Below, piece by piece: positions 25,891-35,196 of a DNA stretch of 38,580 bases. The stretch comes from an uncultured Planctomycetales bacterium (GTDB lineage Bacteria; Omnitrophota; Gorgyraeia; Gygaellales; Profunditerraquicolaceae): NCBI GenBank assembly GCA_964354335.1, contig CAYGZJ010000001.1, forward strand, positions 1 to 38,580. The letters run 5' to 3'. The stretch's first letter is position 1, and each line of letters begins with the position of its first letter. Both the position numbers and the translations under genes were made by a program. The notes beneath the pieces were generated by a model, which saw only the letters and a program-made list of their open reading frames with translations, was not told where the DNA came from and searched no databases.

Positions 25891-27699
25891 TTATTCTTTT
25901 TTGGTTACCACATTACCCTTGTTATTTTCAACCGGTTCGCCCCCGGCCGCAGCCACCGTAGGATCCTGCGAAACTTTCTTTAAAACGATAAACTGTATGG
26001 AGTAAGGGGTAAGGTTTACTGCCTCCTGGTATCCTTCGGCGATGGTGATGGTTTTTTTCTCCGCGGCAGGAAACCCATTACTAAAGTCCGCTGCGGCATC
26101 AATGGTAAAACGCTCGTACTGATAATCTCCCTGCAGATTTTTAATATTCAGCTTGATCGAGCGGCCGGAAGCGGTAAGCTTTTTCGCCTGGTCGTTTAAC
26201 TCCACAGTCCTCTTAAGAAGACTTGAGAATTTATTGTTGAACCCCAACATCTGCACATCTAGCTCATGATTGAGTATTTTATCCATGCGGCGCGAGCGGA
26301 TAAGATTAAGCAGCATCTTTCTGCTGGTACTGGATACCGTACAAATATTGCGGGAAAGGTAATTATTTGCGATATCCGGGTCGATATAATTATACAGGAT
26401 AAGCGCCAGGCCATCCGCGGTCTTGGTGGCGATAACTCCGGCGAATTCATCATTGATTTTGAGCGGATAAAGCTTTGGGCCCAGAGAATTCAACATCTGG
26501 CAGGCGTAATAAGAAAGCTTCGGCTTTCCTTTGTAAGCAGCCGAGTCGGCGTCAAAAGAGAAAAGGCCGACATTGCGCACCACCCCTTCTTTGTTTCCGT
26601 CAAAATCTTCCAGGCAGTAATAAATCTGGTAGTTCAGCCCTGCCTCATACATATTCCTTATGCGGCTGGGGATGTAACTGGCGCTGACATAAGATTTTTC
26701 CTGACGCTCCGCTAAAACATTGCCATTACGGTCGAAATTCCATTCGTCAACAATAAGCGGGATGTCGGGATTAAGGTGAAAATATGAAAGCCAGGTGCGG
26801 ATCAACTGTATAACGTTTTGGTTATATAAAGTAAGGGCCTTTTCCGGGGCCGGATCAGTGGAATAGCCGTGCCAGCTGACAAAATCCAGCGGTAGGCGCT
26901 GATAATAACAGTAGCGGATAAGTTCATATATCAGGGCGTTTTCCGGATACACTATGGTGTTTCCGTCGATACTCTGGAACCACCAGCTGATGCTTGGCCC
27001 GCCGATAGGAATATGGATTTTATATTCTGCTTCCAGCTCCCTGACGCATTCAGCGATAGTGCGGTAGAGGCGGAAATATTCCGGGCGTCTGCCCAGGAAG
27101 AAATCTTCCGAATCCGGAGAGGTCCAGACCTCATACCAGATATTCAGCCGCTTAATACAGCTTAAATCGCGGATAGTGTTCTTTATCAGGTTCTTGAACC
27201 CGCGGTAGTCATGCGGCGGGCTCTTAATATCCAGCACCTTTCCCAGGCCGGCGGGCATGCCAAAAAGATCCAGAATCACCGTACCGTCGGCATCGTTTAT
27301 TTTTTTGATGATACTTTCGTAGTTAGCCTTTAGTTTTTCCTGGAGCGGTTTATTCTTATAAAGCTGGTTGATCTCCCAGAGGTTATATTGCATCCGAAAG
27401 AAGCCGGAAAAACCGACTTCCTTCTGCCAGAGATCGAGCACTTTTTTCTCGGCAACCCCCTGCGGCCAGGTTATTTCCCGGTTAAATCCGCGGCCGCTTA
27501 AATCAACGCTGGGCTTAAAAATTTTCGGCAGGTCTACGGTAGTGGCAGAAGCATCTAGGGTTAACTCTATTGCGCTGACATCCTGCGCACAGGCAAGCCC
27601 ACAAAGTCCAAAATTCAAAGTAAAAAATCCAAAATAAATATAAAGTATATACTTTAAATTTTTAACTTTTAATTTGTTTTGAACTTTGAATTTTATCAT
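25891..27699 (-). CDS. Secreted glycoside-hydrolase-like TIM-barrel protein (clan GH-A, GH39/PslG-like by motif)
   Basis: 602 aa. It has a signal peptide, YEVWTSPD at the place of the (E)VWNEP acid/base motif, GGPS, and IVDEWN as a nucleophile-type motif. The family call rests on motifs only. Confidence 0.4.
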   Translation of the reverse strand: MIKFKVQNKLKVKNLKYILYIYFGFFTLNFGLCGLACAQDVSAIELTLDASATTVDLPKIFKPSVDLSGRGFNREITWPQGVAEKKVLDLWQKEVGFSGFFRMQYNLWEINQLYKNKPLQEKLKANYESIIKKINDADGTVILDLFGMPAGLGKVLDIKSPPHDYRGFKNLIKNTIRDLSCIKRLNIWYEVWTSPDSEDFFLGRRPEYFRLYRTIAECVRELEAEYKIHIPIGGPSISWWFQSIDGNTIVYPENALIYELIRYCYYQRLPLDFVSWHGYSTDPAPEKALTLYNQNVIQLIRTWLSYFHLNPDIPLIVDEWNFDRNGNVLAERQEKSYVSASYIPSRIRNMYEAGLNYQIYYCLEDFDGNKEGVVRNVGLFSFDADSAAYKGKPKLSYYACQMLNSLGPKLYPLKINDEFAGVIATKTADGLALILYNYIDPDIANNYLSRNICTVSSTSRKMLLNLIRSRRMDKILNHELDVQMLGFNNKFSSLLKRTVELNDQAKKLTASGRSIKLNIKNLQGDYQYERFTIDAAADFSNGFPAAEKKTITIAEGYQEAVNLTPYSIQFIVLKKVSQDPTVAAAGGEPVENNKGNVVTKKE

Positions 27700-27710
27700 T
27701 TGAATTTAAC
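27601..27710. repeat. Family-A palindromic element, copy A4, translated as the N-terminus of the GH-like protein
   Basis: caaagtccaaaattcaaagtaaaaaatcc ... centre taaagtatatacttta ... gttttgaactttgaatttt. The ATG at 27699 lies in the right arm. Confidence 0.8.
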
Positions 27711-28490
27711 TTACAGCTTTTTCTGTATTCTTATTATAGATCTGGCTTTGCCTGTTTCTTCATCAATATCCACAACTGCTCCGGCAAGCTGCACGTTTTC
27801 CTGCGCCACTTCAAAACGCACCGGAATAGCAGTTAAGAACCTCTCCAGCACATCCTCAACGCGCCTGCCAATAACCGAATCATACGGCCCGGTCATCCCG
27901 ACATCAGTCAGATACGCCAGGCCCTGCGGCAGAATACGCTCGTCAGCGGTCTGGATATGGGTATGCGTACCTAAAACAGCGGAGGCCTTGCCGTCAAGAT
28001 ACCAGCCCAGAGCAACTTTTTCCGAAGTCGCCTCGGCGTGTATGTCCACTATGATCACCTTAGTCTGTTCTGCCAGGGATTCGACTGCCTGCATACTTGT
28101 GCGAAATGGGCACTCCAGTGCTTCCATAAAAACCCGGCCGTTGACATTGACTACTCCGACTTTTTTGCCGGCCTTTGTCTTATAAACCGCCCATCCCCGG
28201 CCAGGAGCCCCGGCGGGAAAATTTGCCGGACGCAAAATGCGCTCATCAGAGTTGATTATTTCAAAGACGTCTTTTTTCTTCCAGATGTGGTCTCCGGAAG
28301 TAAGGACATCGACGCCGCAGCTAAATAATTCCTCTGCCACCCGCGGCGTGATCCCTGATCCGCCTGCGGCATTCTCGGCGTTGACGATGACAAAATCCAA
28401 CCCAAATTCGTTCACTAATCCCGGAAGGAGCTTTACCACCGCTTCCCTGCCGGGACTGCCCACAACATCGCCGATGAATAGTATCTTCAT
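27711..28490 (-). CDS. ymdB: YmdB-family metallophosphoesterase (TIGR00282-like)
   Basis: 259 aa with MKILFIGDVVGSPGR, VNAENAAGGSGIT and a GTHTH motif. It lies directly downstream of rny, as in Bacillus. Confidence 0.85.
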   Translation of the reverse strand: MKILFIGDVVGSPGREAVVKLLPGLVNEFGLDFVIVNAENAAGGSGITPRVAEELFSCGVDVLTSGDHIWKKKDVFEIINSDERILRPANFPAGAPGRGWAVYKTKAGKKVGVVNVNGRVFMEALECPFRTSMQAVESLAEQTKVIIVDIHAEATSEKVALGWYLDGKASAVLGTHTHIQTADERILPQGLAYLTDVGMTGPYDSVIGRRVEDVLERFLTAIPVRFEVAQENVQLAGAVVDIDEETGKARSIIRIQKKL

Positions 28491-28594
28491 TTTCGTTATT
28501 ATCGTTTTGCTCGTTAATATCGTTAATATCGTTAATATCGTTTTAAAAGTTTTAAAACGATCCTAACGAAATTAACGAAAATAACGGACTAAAC
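28491..28594. repeat. Family-B 'TCGTT' palindromic element, copy B2
   Basis: It has six tandem 9-mers tcgttNNNN (28493-28546), a centre cgttttaaaagttttaaaacg, and then four inverted aacg(a/g)NNNN 9-mers ending ...aacggactaaac, as in B1. Confidence 0.85.
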
Positions 28595-28596
28595 AA

Positions 28597-30150
28597 TTAC
28601 TTTGCATACTCTATCGCTCTTGTTTCTCGAATAACCGTGACCTTGATCTGCCCGGGATATTCCATACCCTCTTCGATCTTTTTACGGATTTCGCGCGCAA
28701 GATTCACCGCGTCAGGATCAGAAATCTTTTCCGGCTGCACAATAACGCGGATCTCGCGGCCGGCCTGAATGGCAAAGGATTTCTCTACGCCCTTAAAGAG
28801 ATTGGCGATGGACTCGAGTTTCTCCAGGCGCTTGATATAGGTTTCCAGCGTCTCGCGGCGCGCCCCGGGACGGGCAGCGCTGATGGCATCTGCCGCCACT
28901 GCCAAGACCGCGTAAAGACTTTGCACCGGAGCCTCTTCATGATGCGCCTCGATTGCCGAGACGACTTCCGGGGACTCATTGTATTTCTTCGCTAACTCCG
29001 CGCCCAATTTGGCGTGCGTTCCTTCCACCTGATGGTCCACGGCTTTGCCGATATCATGCAAGAGGCCGATGCGCCGGGCAAGTTTAAAATCAAGCCCGAG
29101 CTCTGATGCCATTACCCCCAAAAGAAAAGAAACTTCCTTGGAATGCTGCAGGGCGTTCTGGCCGAAACTGGTGCGGTAGCGAAGGCGGCCCAGCAGCTTG
29201 ATAATCTCCGGGTGCAGACCGTTTACCTGCGCCTCAAAAGCGGCGCGCTCACCTTCCTCGCGGATCTTTTCATCCATCTCTTTCTTAGTCTTCTCGACAA
29301 TTTCCTCGATTCTTCCCGGATGGATCCTTCCGTCGTGAAGCAGTTTCTCAAGGCTAAGGCGCGCGATCTCGCGGCGCACCGTATCAAAAGCCGAAAGCGT
29401 AACTGCCTCCGGGGTGTCGTCAATGATGACATCTACTCCCGTGGCCATTTCTAAGGCGCGGATATTACGGCCTTCCCTTCCGATGACCCTTCCCTTCATC
29501 TCATCATTAGGCAAGGTCACGACACTTACCGTTGATTCAACTGTATGTTCGGCGGCGCAGCGCTGAATGGCGAGGCTGACAACTTCCTGTGCCTTCTTAT
29601 CAACCACACTCTTTAGTTCCTCTTCCTGCCGTTTAATCAATACCGCCTTCTCATTATTCAGTTCCTCATTCAGGCGGCTGAGCAATATCTGTTTTGCCTC
29701 TTCCGCAGAAAGTGAAGAAATTTTCTGCAGGCGCTCTTTCTCTTCGGCGACAAGCGCTACAAGCTGGCCTTCTTTTGCCTTAAGCGCCTCTTCCTGCTTC
29801 CTGACATTATCCTGACGCGTCTCGATTTCCTTTTCTTTCTTCTCCAGGAGATCAAGGCGGCGATCAATATTTTCCTCTTTCTGTGAAAGACGCTTCTCAA
29901 GAACCGTGATTTCCTGGCGCCTATCTTTGGTCTCGCGTTCAAAATCCTGACGCATCCGGTAAAGCAGGTCCTTTGCTTCAAGCTCTACCTCGCGGCGCCT
30001 GTCCTGGGCTTCTTTCTTAGCCTGTTCCAGGATATGCTGCGCCTGAGTTTCCGCGGCTTTGATCTTTTTCTCGGCGATGTGCTTTCGCATAAAGTAGCCT
30101 GCGAAGGCAGCGATTACGCCGATGACAATAAAAATAATGATGTTTAGCAT
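28597..30150 (-). CDS. rny: Ribonuclease Y
   Basis: 517 aa with an N-terminal TM helix, a coiled coil, a KH domain ([15 protein letters not shown]) and an HD domain (LLHDIGKA). Confidence 0.95.
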   Translation of the reverse strand: MLNIIIFIVIGVIAAFAGYFMRKHIAEKKIKAAETQAQHILEQAKKEAQDRRREVELEAKDLLYRMRQDFERETKDRRQEITVLEKRLSQKEENIDRRLDLLEKKEKEIETRQDNVRKQEEALKAKEGQLVALVAEEKERLQKISSLSAEEAKQILLSRLNEELNNEKAVLIKRQEEELKSVVDKKAQEVVSLAIQRCAAEHTVESTVSVVTLPNDEMKGRVIGREGRNIRALEMATGVDVIIDDTPEAVTLSAFDTVRREIARLSLEKLLHDGRIHPGRIEEIVEKTKKEMDEKIREEGERAAFEAQVNGLHPEIIKLLGRLRYRTSFGQNALQHSKEVSFLLGVMASELGLDFKLARRIGLLHDIGKAVDHQVEGTHAKLGAELAKKYNESPEVVSAIEAHHEEAPVQSLYAVLAVAADAISAARPGARRETLETYIKRLEKLESIANLFKGVEKSFAIQAGREIRVIVQPEKISDPDAVNLAREIRKKIEEGMEYPGQIKVTVIRETRAIEYAK

Positions 30151-30251
30151 GGTTTATCCGACCTCCTTCAAATGAGAATACGGCATGCCTGTCTTTTAAA
30201 ACAGATGCCTTAAACTCTTCTTTTTCTTTTTACCTTGTGGCTGCTGTATGG

Positions 30252-30815
30252 CTAGGCAAACAGGGCTTTGGTGACGCTTATATCGTGGGAGGCGGTGGGA
30301 ACGCGCGGTAAGATTTGGAAGTCAAATGCCAGCCCAAGACAAGGCGTGTCTTTGGGCAGCGTGCTTAAAAAACGGTCATAGTAACCTTTGCCGCGTCCGA
30401 GGCGGTTTCCTTTTTTGTCAAAGGCAAGTCCCGGCACGATCACAAGATCCAGATCCTCAATGCCTATCGGCCGCTCCACCGCTGGTTCGCGGACACCGTA
30501 AGGGCCGATTTTCAGGCCTCCATGACCATCTAAAATACATGGCTTCATCAATAGGCTGCCCTTCCTGCAAACAGGGACAGCCACTATCTTACCTAATTGT
30601 TTTGCCGCGTTTATCATTTCTTTTGTATTTACCTCGCCGCTTAGCGCGATATAAAACATCACTGTTTTTGCCTGCTTGAAAATCTTAGTCCGTAAAAGCT
30701 TCTCCTTTATTGATGCACTTTTTCGGTTTCGATCTTCCTCCTTCTGTCTTGTTAACCTTATAAGGATTTTACTACGTATTTGCTTTTTTGTCAATCCAAC
30801 TAGTCTAGTGTTCAT
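30252..30815 (-). CDS. 5-formyltetrahydrofolate cyclo-ligase
   Basis: 187 aa with LVIVPGLAFDKKGNRLGRGKGYYDRFL, the family signature. Confidence 0.85.
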   Translation of the reverse strand: MNTRLVGLTKKQIRSKILIRLTRQKEEDRNRKSASIKEKLLRTKIFKQAKTVMFYIALSGEVNTKEMINAAKQLGKIVAVPVCRKGSLLMKPCILDGHGGLKIGPYGVREPAVERPIGIEDLDLVIVPGLAFDKKGNRLGRGKGYYDRFLSTLPKDTPCLGLAFDFQILPRVPTASHDISVTKALFA

Positions 30816-31236
30816 TATGTCCGTGTTTATGCTCTTTGATCACAAAGGGCACAGGTAATCCCTGTTTCTGGTAATAATCCTTCAGTGCCGAACGCAGCGC
30901 TTCTTCCGCAAGCACGGAGCAGTGCATCTTCACCGCAGGAAGGCCTCCCAGGGCCTCGGCAACCGCAGAATTGGAGATCTGCAGGGCCTCATCAATAGTC
31001 TTACCCTTGACCATCTCGGTGACCATGGAGCTGGTTGCGATCGCCGCACCGCAGCCGAAGGTCTTAAACTTAACGTCAACGATAATGTTGTTTTCGATCT
31101 TTAAAAACATCTTCATCACGTCCCCGCAGATAGGATTTCCGACGGTGCCTATCCCGCTGGCATCAGCGATCTCGCCGACATTGCGGGGATTGGTGAAGTG
31201 ATCCATTACTTTTTCTGAGTATGGTAAATTGGCCAT
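30805..31236 (-). CDS. NifU/IscU-type Fe-S cluster scaffold with a His-rich tail
   Basis: 143 aa with the three scaffold Cys (GNPICGD, FGCGAAIA, HCSVLAE). The C-terminus is KEHKHGHNEH. Confidence 0.85.
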   Translation of the reverse strand: MANLPYSEKVMDHFTNPRNVGEIADASGIGTVGNPICGDVMKMFLKIENNIIVDVKFKTFGCGAAIATSSMVTEMVKGKTIDEALQISNSAVAEALGGLPAVKMHCSVLAEEALRSALKDYYQKQGLPVPFVIKEHKHGHNEH

Positions 31237-31238
31237 GT

Positions 31239-31363
31239 AAATTTAAAATTCAAAGTCTAAAATCCAAAATTCAAAACAAATCAAAAGCTAAAAGGTCAAA
31301 ACAAACATTTAAATCTTGAGCTTTGAACTTGTTTTAAATTTTTTACTTTGAATTTTGGACTTT
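31239..31363. repeat. Family-A palindromic element, copy A5
   Basis: It carries the shared 18-mers at 31246-31263 and 31339-31356. The right arm (31343-31363) encodes the last six codons and TAA of the upstream gene. Confidence 0.85.
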
Positions 31364-32017
31364 ATCGCTCGGCATTATCAGCCTATGCGGTTTGGTCGCT
31401 TTCTTAAAATCGCGCGGGCCCCGTATGGCTTTGAAATCTTTGGACTTACCCTGCTTTTCCAGCTCCTTATAAATAAGCACCCAGGCGCAGTCTTTGTCTT
31501 TATCGACCTCACACTTGCCTTTATCCGCGCCGCCGCAGGGACCGTTCAAAAGCCCTTTGGCGCACAGGGTCACCGGACAGATCCCCCCGGTCTCATCCAG
31601 AACGCAATCCCCGCAAAGGGAACATTTCTCATAAAAATTACCTGCGGAATCCATGACCGCGCCAAAAATGGTATTCAGGGCCGGCAACACCGCATGACTT
31701 AATCTGTCATTGTCTTTGACCGACTGCACCCCCAAACCGCAGGCCAAGACCAGGATGGCCTGCGCATCACGCAAGACCGGCATATTCTTAGCCAACTCTG
31801 TCTTAACTTTGGCTGCCACGCAGGGAGCGGAAGGAATACATGTACCGACAATAACCTTACCCTTAGCCTCTAATTCCTGCTTGATCTGGGCCAATTCCGG
31901 CTCCCCTCCGGTCTTACAGGTAGTGGCGCACTCCCCGCAGCCGACCAGGAATATTTTGGTAAAGCCTTTGAGGCTATCTATAATCTCTTCAATGGTTTTT
32001 CGCTCTGATATAATCAC
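31343..32017 (-). CDS. MetV-like protein (methylene-tetrahydrofolate reductase C-terminal-domain family, Cys-rich)
   Basis: 224 aa with CSLCGDCVLDETGGICPVTLCAKGLLNGPCGG..GKCEV, matching the MTHFR_C-type signature as I recall it. It has a GTG start with AAGGGG upstream. Confidence 0.6.
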   Translation of the reverse strand: MIISERKTIEEIIDSLKGFTKIFLVGCGECATTCKTGGEPELAQIKQELEAKGKVIVGTCIPSAPCVAAKVKTELAKNMPVLRDAQAILVLACGLGVQSVKDNDRLSHAVLPALNTIFGAVMDSAGNFYEKCSLCGDCVLDETGGICPVTLCAKGLLNGPCGGADKGKCEVDKDKDCAWVLIYKELEKQGKSKDFKAIRGPRDFKKATKPHRLIMPSDKVQNSK

Positions 32018-32085
32018 GGATTACCCCTTAAGATAGTAAATTTTAACACGATTTAGCGCGGCGGGCAAGGATAAAATGGGGATTA

Positions 32086-35000
32086 TTACTGTTCCTTGGC
32101 TTCTCTTGCCTTCTTTTCTTCCACGATCTTCTGGGCGATTTCGGTGGGGACCTGCAGGTACTTGGAGAATTCCATAGTGGCATTGGCGCGCCCGCTGGAG
32201 AGCGAGCGGAATGCCGTGGCATAGCCGAACATCTCAGCTAACGGCGCTTCTGACTCGATGATCTTTTGTTTTCCCTTTGAATCCATATTAAGGATCTTGC
32301 CCCGGCGGGAACAGATATATCCTACGCAGGCGTTCACATATTCTTCCGGAGTAGTCACTACTAATGACATGTATGGTTCAAGCAGGACCGGTTTTGCCCG
32401 CATAAAGATTTCCTTGAAGCCCATTATCGCCGCCATGCGAAAGGCTATTTCCGAAGAGTCGACTTCGTGGTAAGAACCGTCATTAAGATCCACCTTGATA
32501 TCCACTATCGGGTAGCCCGCAAATACCCCCTTCTGCATCGCCTCCACAACCCCCTTCTCCACCGCCGGAATATAGGATTGCGGGATCGCTCCTCCTTTGA
32601 TGCTGTTGATAAAATCCAAACCCTGCCCCTGCGCATTAGGCGAAAGCTCCATCACCACATGGCCGTACTGGCCGCGGCCTCCGGACTGCTTGATGTATTT
32701 ACCTTCCCCCTCCGCCGTCTCCTGAATGGTCTCTCGGTAAGCCACTTTTGGCTGGCCCACAATCGCCTCAACCCCAAACTCTTCCTTGAGCCTATCCACA
32801 ATAATTTCAAGGTGCAGCTCGCCCATACCGGTAAGAATTGTCTCCTTGGTTTCTTCGTCTGTCTGCACCATAAAAGTCGGGTCTTCATCCATCAGTTTTG
32901 CCAGGCCCTTGCCTAATTTATCGCTGTCCCCGCGCGACTTAGGCGCAATACTCAAAGAAACCACCGGCACCGGGAACTGTATCGCCTCAAGCAAAACCGG
33001 TTTTTCCGGATCGCAAAGCGTATCTCCGGTGATGGTGTTGGCTAAACCCGGGATCGCCACGATATCTCCGGCAAAAGCGAAGTCGATATTTTCGCGCTGA
33101 TTGGCATGCATCTGCACGATCCTGCCGATACGCTCTTTTTTGTTCTTGGTGCTGTTTAAAATATATGTGCCTGTGCCTAAAAATCCGGAGTAGACGCGGA
33201 CATAGACAAGCTTTCCCATGTGCGGGTCTGCCTGGACCTTAAAAGCGAGCGCGGTCGGCGGCTCATTGACATCAGGATGAAACTCTATTTCCTTCTCCGG
33301 ATCATCCGGATCGTGCCCTTTTACCGCGGGCATGTCCAGCGGCGACGGCAAATAGAGGACTACCGCGTCCAGAAGTTTCTGCACCCCTTTGTTTTTGAAT
33401 GAGGCGCCGCAAAGCACCGGCACAGCCTTGTTGGCCACTGTACCTTTGCGGATGGCCTGAATGAGCTCTTCCTGGGTGATGGAATTGGCATCCTCCAGAT
33501 ATTTTTTCATCAGGACATCGTCAAAGGCGACTGCCCGCTCAACGAGCGTACGGCGGAATTCCGCTGCCTTCTCTTTTAGGTCCTCGGGGATTTCATCGAC
33601 GGTATACTCCTTGCCCAATGTTTCATCCTGGTAGAAGTAGGCTTTCATTTCGATCAAATCCACCACCCCGCGGAAATTCTCCTCGGCTCCGATAGGAATT
33701 TCCAAAGGCAGGCCGTTACCTTCCAGTATCTGGTCGATCCCATTGACCACTGCGTAAAAATCCGCTCCGGTGCGATCCATCTTATTGATGAAGGCGATCT
33801 TGGGAACGCTGTATTTGTTGGATTGATGCCAGACAGTCTCTGACTGCGGCTCCACTCCGCCGACCGCGCAGAAAACCGCGACTGCGCCGTCTAAAACACG
33901 AAGCGACCGCTCGACTTCGGCGGTAAAATCCACGTGGCCGGGAGTATCGATGATATTGATGCGGTAATCCTTCCAGAAACAGGTGGTGGCCGCGGCGGTA
34001 ATAGTGATGCCGCGCTCGCGCTCCTGCTTCATCCAGTCCATCTGAGTCGCCCCATCATGGACTTCGCCGATTTTATGGGATTTGCCGGTATAAAAAAGGA
34101 TCCTCTCGGTAGTGGTGGTTTTTCCGGCGTCGATATGCGCCATGATCCCGATATTGCGCACCAGGCGTAAATCGATTTTGGGAGTCGGCCGCGCCTGCGG
34201 TTGACGCTTTAATTCTTTTTCTTCTTCCACCTGCGCAGCTTCTTCTGTAGGCGCCTGGACCTCTTCCTGCGGAGGTGTTTCCTGCTTTGCGTATTCTTCA
34301 ACAACCGGTTCTGCTACGGGGACTTCCTGTGGCAATATTTCTTGCGGTATTTCTTGGGGAGCCTCTACTTGCGCAGTTTCTACCTTCGGCGGCGTAAGAA
34401 TATCTTCTTGGACATTCGCCGTTTCAGGCGCAGCGCCAGCCTGATGCTGGAGCCGGCTATTAAGATGCGTGATTTCTTCGGTAAGCAACCTGATGCGTTC
34501 TTCTTTTTCCTCGAATTCTTTTTCTAAAACGCTGAACTCTTCATTTAGTTTATTGAATTCTATCTTTGGCACCCACTCGCTTTCCTTTTCTTTTTTCCTG
34601 TATTCCGTAATGGTGGCTAAATGGGCCTTGATGTCATTGGCCAAGCGCTCGATCTGATGCTTTTGCGCTTCTATCTGGTCAGACTTATCTTTGATTTCTT
34701 TATCCAGCCCCTGGATTTTATCGCTTAGCTCGCGGGCTTCCTTAGACAATCCTACACTTTTAGAAAATTCCCTTTCCAGCTCCTGCTCTTTAGCGCTGAA
34801 CTTTCCCCGCAAGTCCAGGTTTTCCGCCTTTACTTTATCCAGCATTTCTTCGGAGGTAGCCACCCAGTCTTTGCGCCGGTCTAATTCTATTTGCAGCTGG
34901 GCAGCTTGCGCCTTTGCCGGTTCTAGCTCATTCTGCATCTGGACAAAACCGGCTTTAGTTACTTCCAATTCATGCTGGAGCGTAACCACCTGAGCCTGCA

Positions 35001-35172
35001 GCCGCTGTATCCTTTGCTCCTGATAATAAGAATCCGAGCCCGGCTCTTTGGGAAGGGCTTGCCGACGGACGCGACCGGATTTTTCTTCGCTGCTGGCGAA
35101 GAAAAGATAAAGGGAGTATATGATAAGTATAACTCCGCAGACTAAAATAATCGGCACAAGAATATTATTCAT
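32086..35172 (-). CDS. Elongation factor G fused to a 332-aa N-terminal TM / coiled-coil / acidic-linker extension
   Basis: aa 333-1028 form a complete EF-G. Motifs present are [31 protein letters not shown] and [10 protein letters not shown]. aa 5-26 form a TM helix followed by KSGRVRRQ. aa ~50-240 are heptad-rich. aa ~245-330 are P/E/Q-rich. There is no in-frame stop anywhere. Confidence 0.8.
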   Translation of the reverse strand: MNNILVPIILVCGVILIIYSLYLFFASSEEKSGRVRRQALPKEPGSDSYYQEQRIQRLQAQVVTLQHELEVTKAGFVQMQNELEPAKAQAAQLQIELDRRKDWVATSEEMLDKVKAENLDLRGKFSAKEQELEREFSKSVGLSKEARELSDKIQGLDKEIKDKSDQIEAQKHQIERLANDIKAHLATITEYRKKEKESEWVPKIEFNKLNEEFSVLEKEFEEKEERIRLLTEEITHLNSRLQHQAGAAPETANVQEDILTPPKVETAQVEAPQEIPQEILPQEVPVAEPVVEEYAKQETPPQEEVQAPTEEAAQVEEEKELKRQPQARPTPKIDLRLVRNIGIMAHIDAGKTTTTERILFYTGKSHKIGEVHDGATQMDWMKQERERGITITAAATTCFWKDYRINIIDTPGHVDFTAEVERSLRVLDGAVAVFCAVGGVEPQSETVWHQSNKYSVPKIAFINKMDRTGADFYAVVNGIDQILEGNGLPLEIPIGAEENFRGVVDLIEMKAYFYQDETLGKEYTVDEIPEDLKEKAAEFRRTLVERAVAFDDVLMKKYLEDANSITQEELIQAIRKGTVANKAVPVLCGASFKNKGVQKLLDAVVLYLPSPLDMPAVKGHDPDDPEKEIEFHPDVNEPPTALAFKVQADPHMGKLVYVRVYSGFLGTGTYILNSTKNKKERIGRIVQMHANQRENIDFAFAGDIVAIPGLANTITGDTLCDPEKPVLLEAIQFPVPVVSLSIAPKSRGDSDKLGKGLAKLMDEDPTFMVQTDEETKETILTGMGELHLEIIVDRLKEEFGVEAIVGQPKVAYRETIQETAEGEGKYIKQSGGRGQYGHVVMELSPNAQGQGLDFINSIKGGAIPQSYIPAVEKGVVEAMQKGVFAGYPIVDIKVDLNDGSYHEVDSSEIAFRMAAIMGFKEIFMRAKPVLLEPYMSLVVTTPEEYVNACVGYICSRRGKILNMDSKGKQKIIESEAPLAEMFGYATAFRSLSSGRANATMEFSKYLQVPTEIAQKIVEEKKAREAKEQ

Positions 35173-35196
35173 ATGGTTTACGGTAATGCGGGCACG

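Noticed and set aside
30816-31342. A 6S RNA (ssrS) upstream of the 5-formyl-THF cyclo-ligase gene, as in the E. coli ssrS-ygfA arrangement
   Set aside because: The upstream space is fully occupied by the NifU/IscU gene, which overlaps the cyclo-ligase gene. The next spacer is a family-A repeat.
34165-34185. An independent start for a normal-length EF-G, which would make the upstream 332 codons a separate gene
   Set aside because: There is no in-frame stop between the two parts and no nearby ATG. The only candidate is a GTG one codon before RNIG, without an SD. The extension has coherent TM, coiled-coil and linker organisation. This still needs experimental confirmation.
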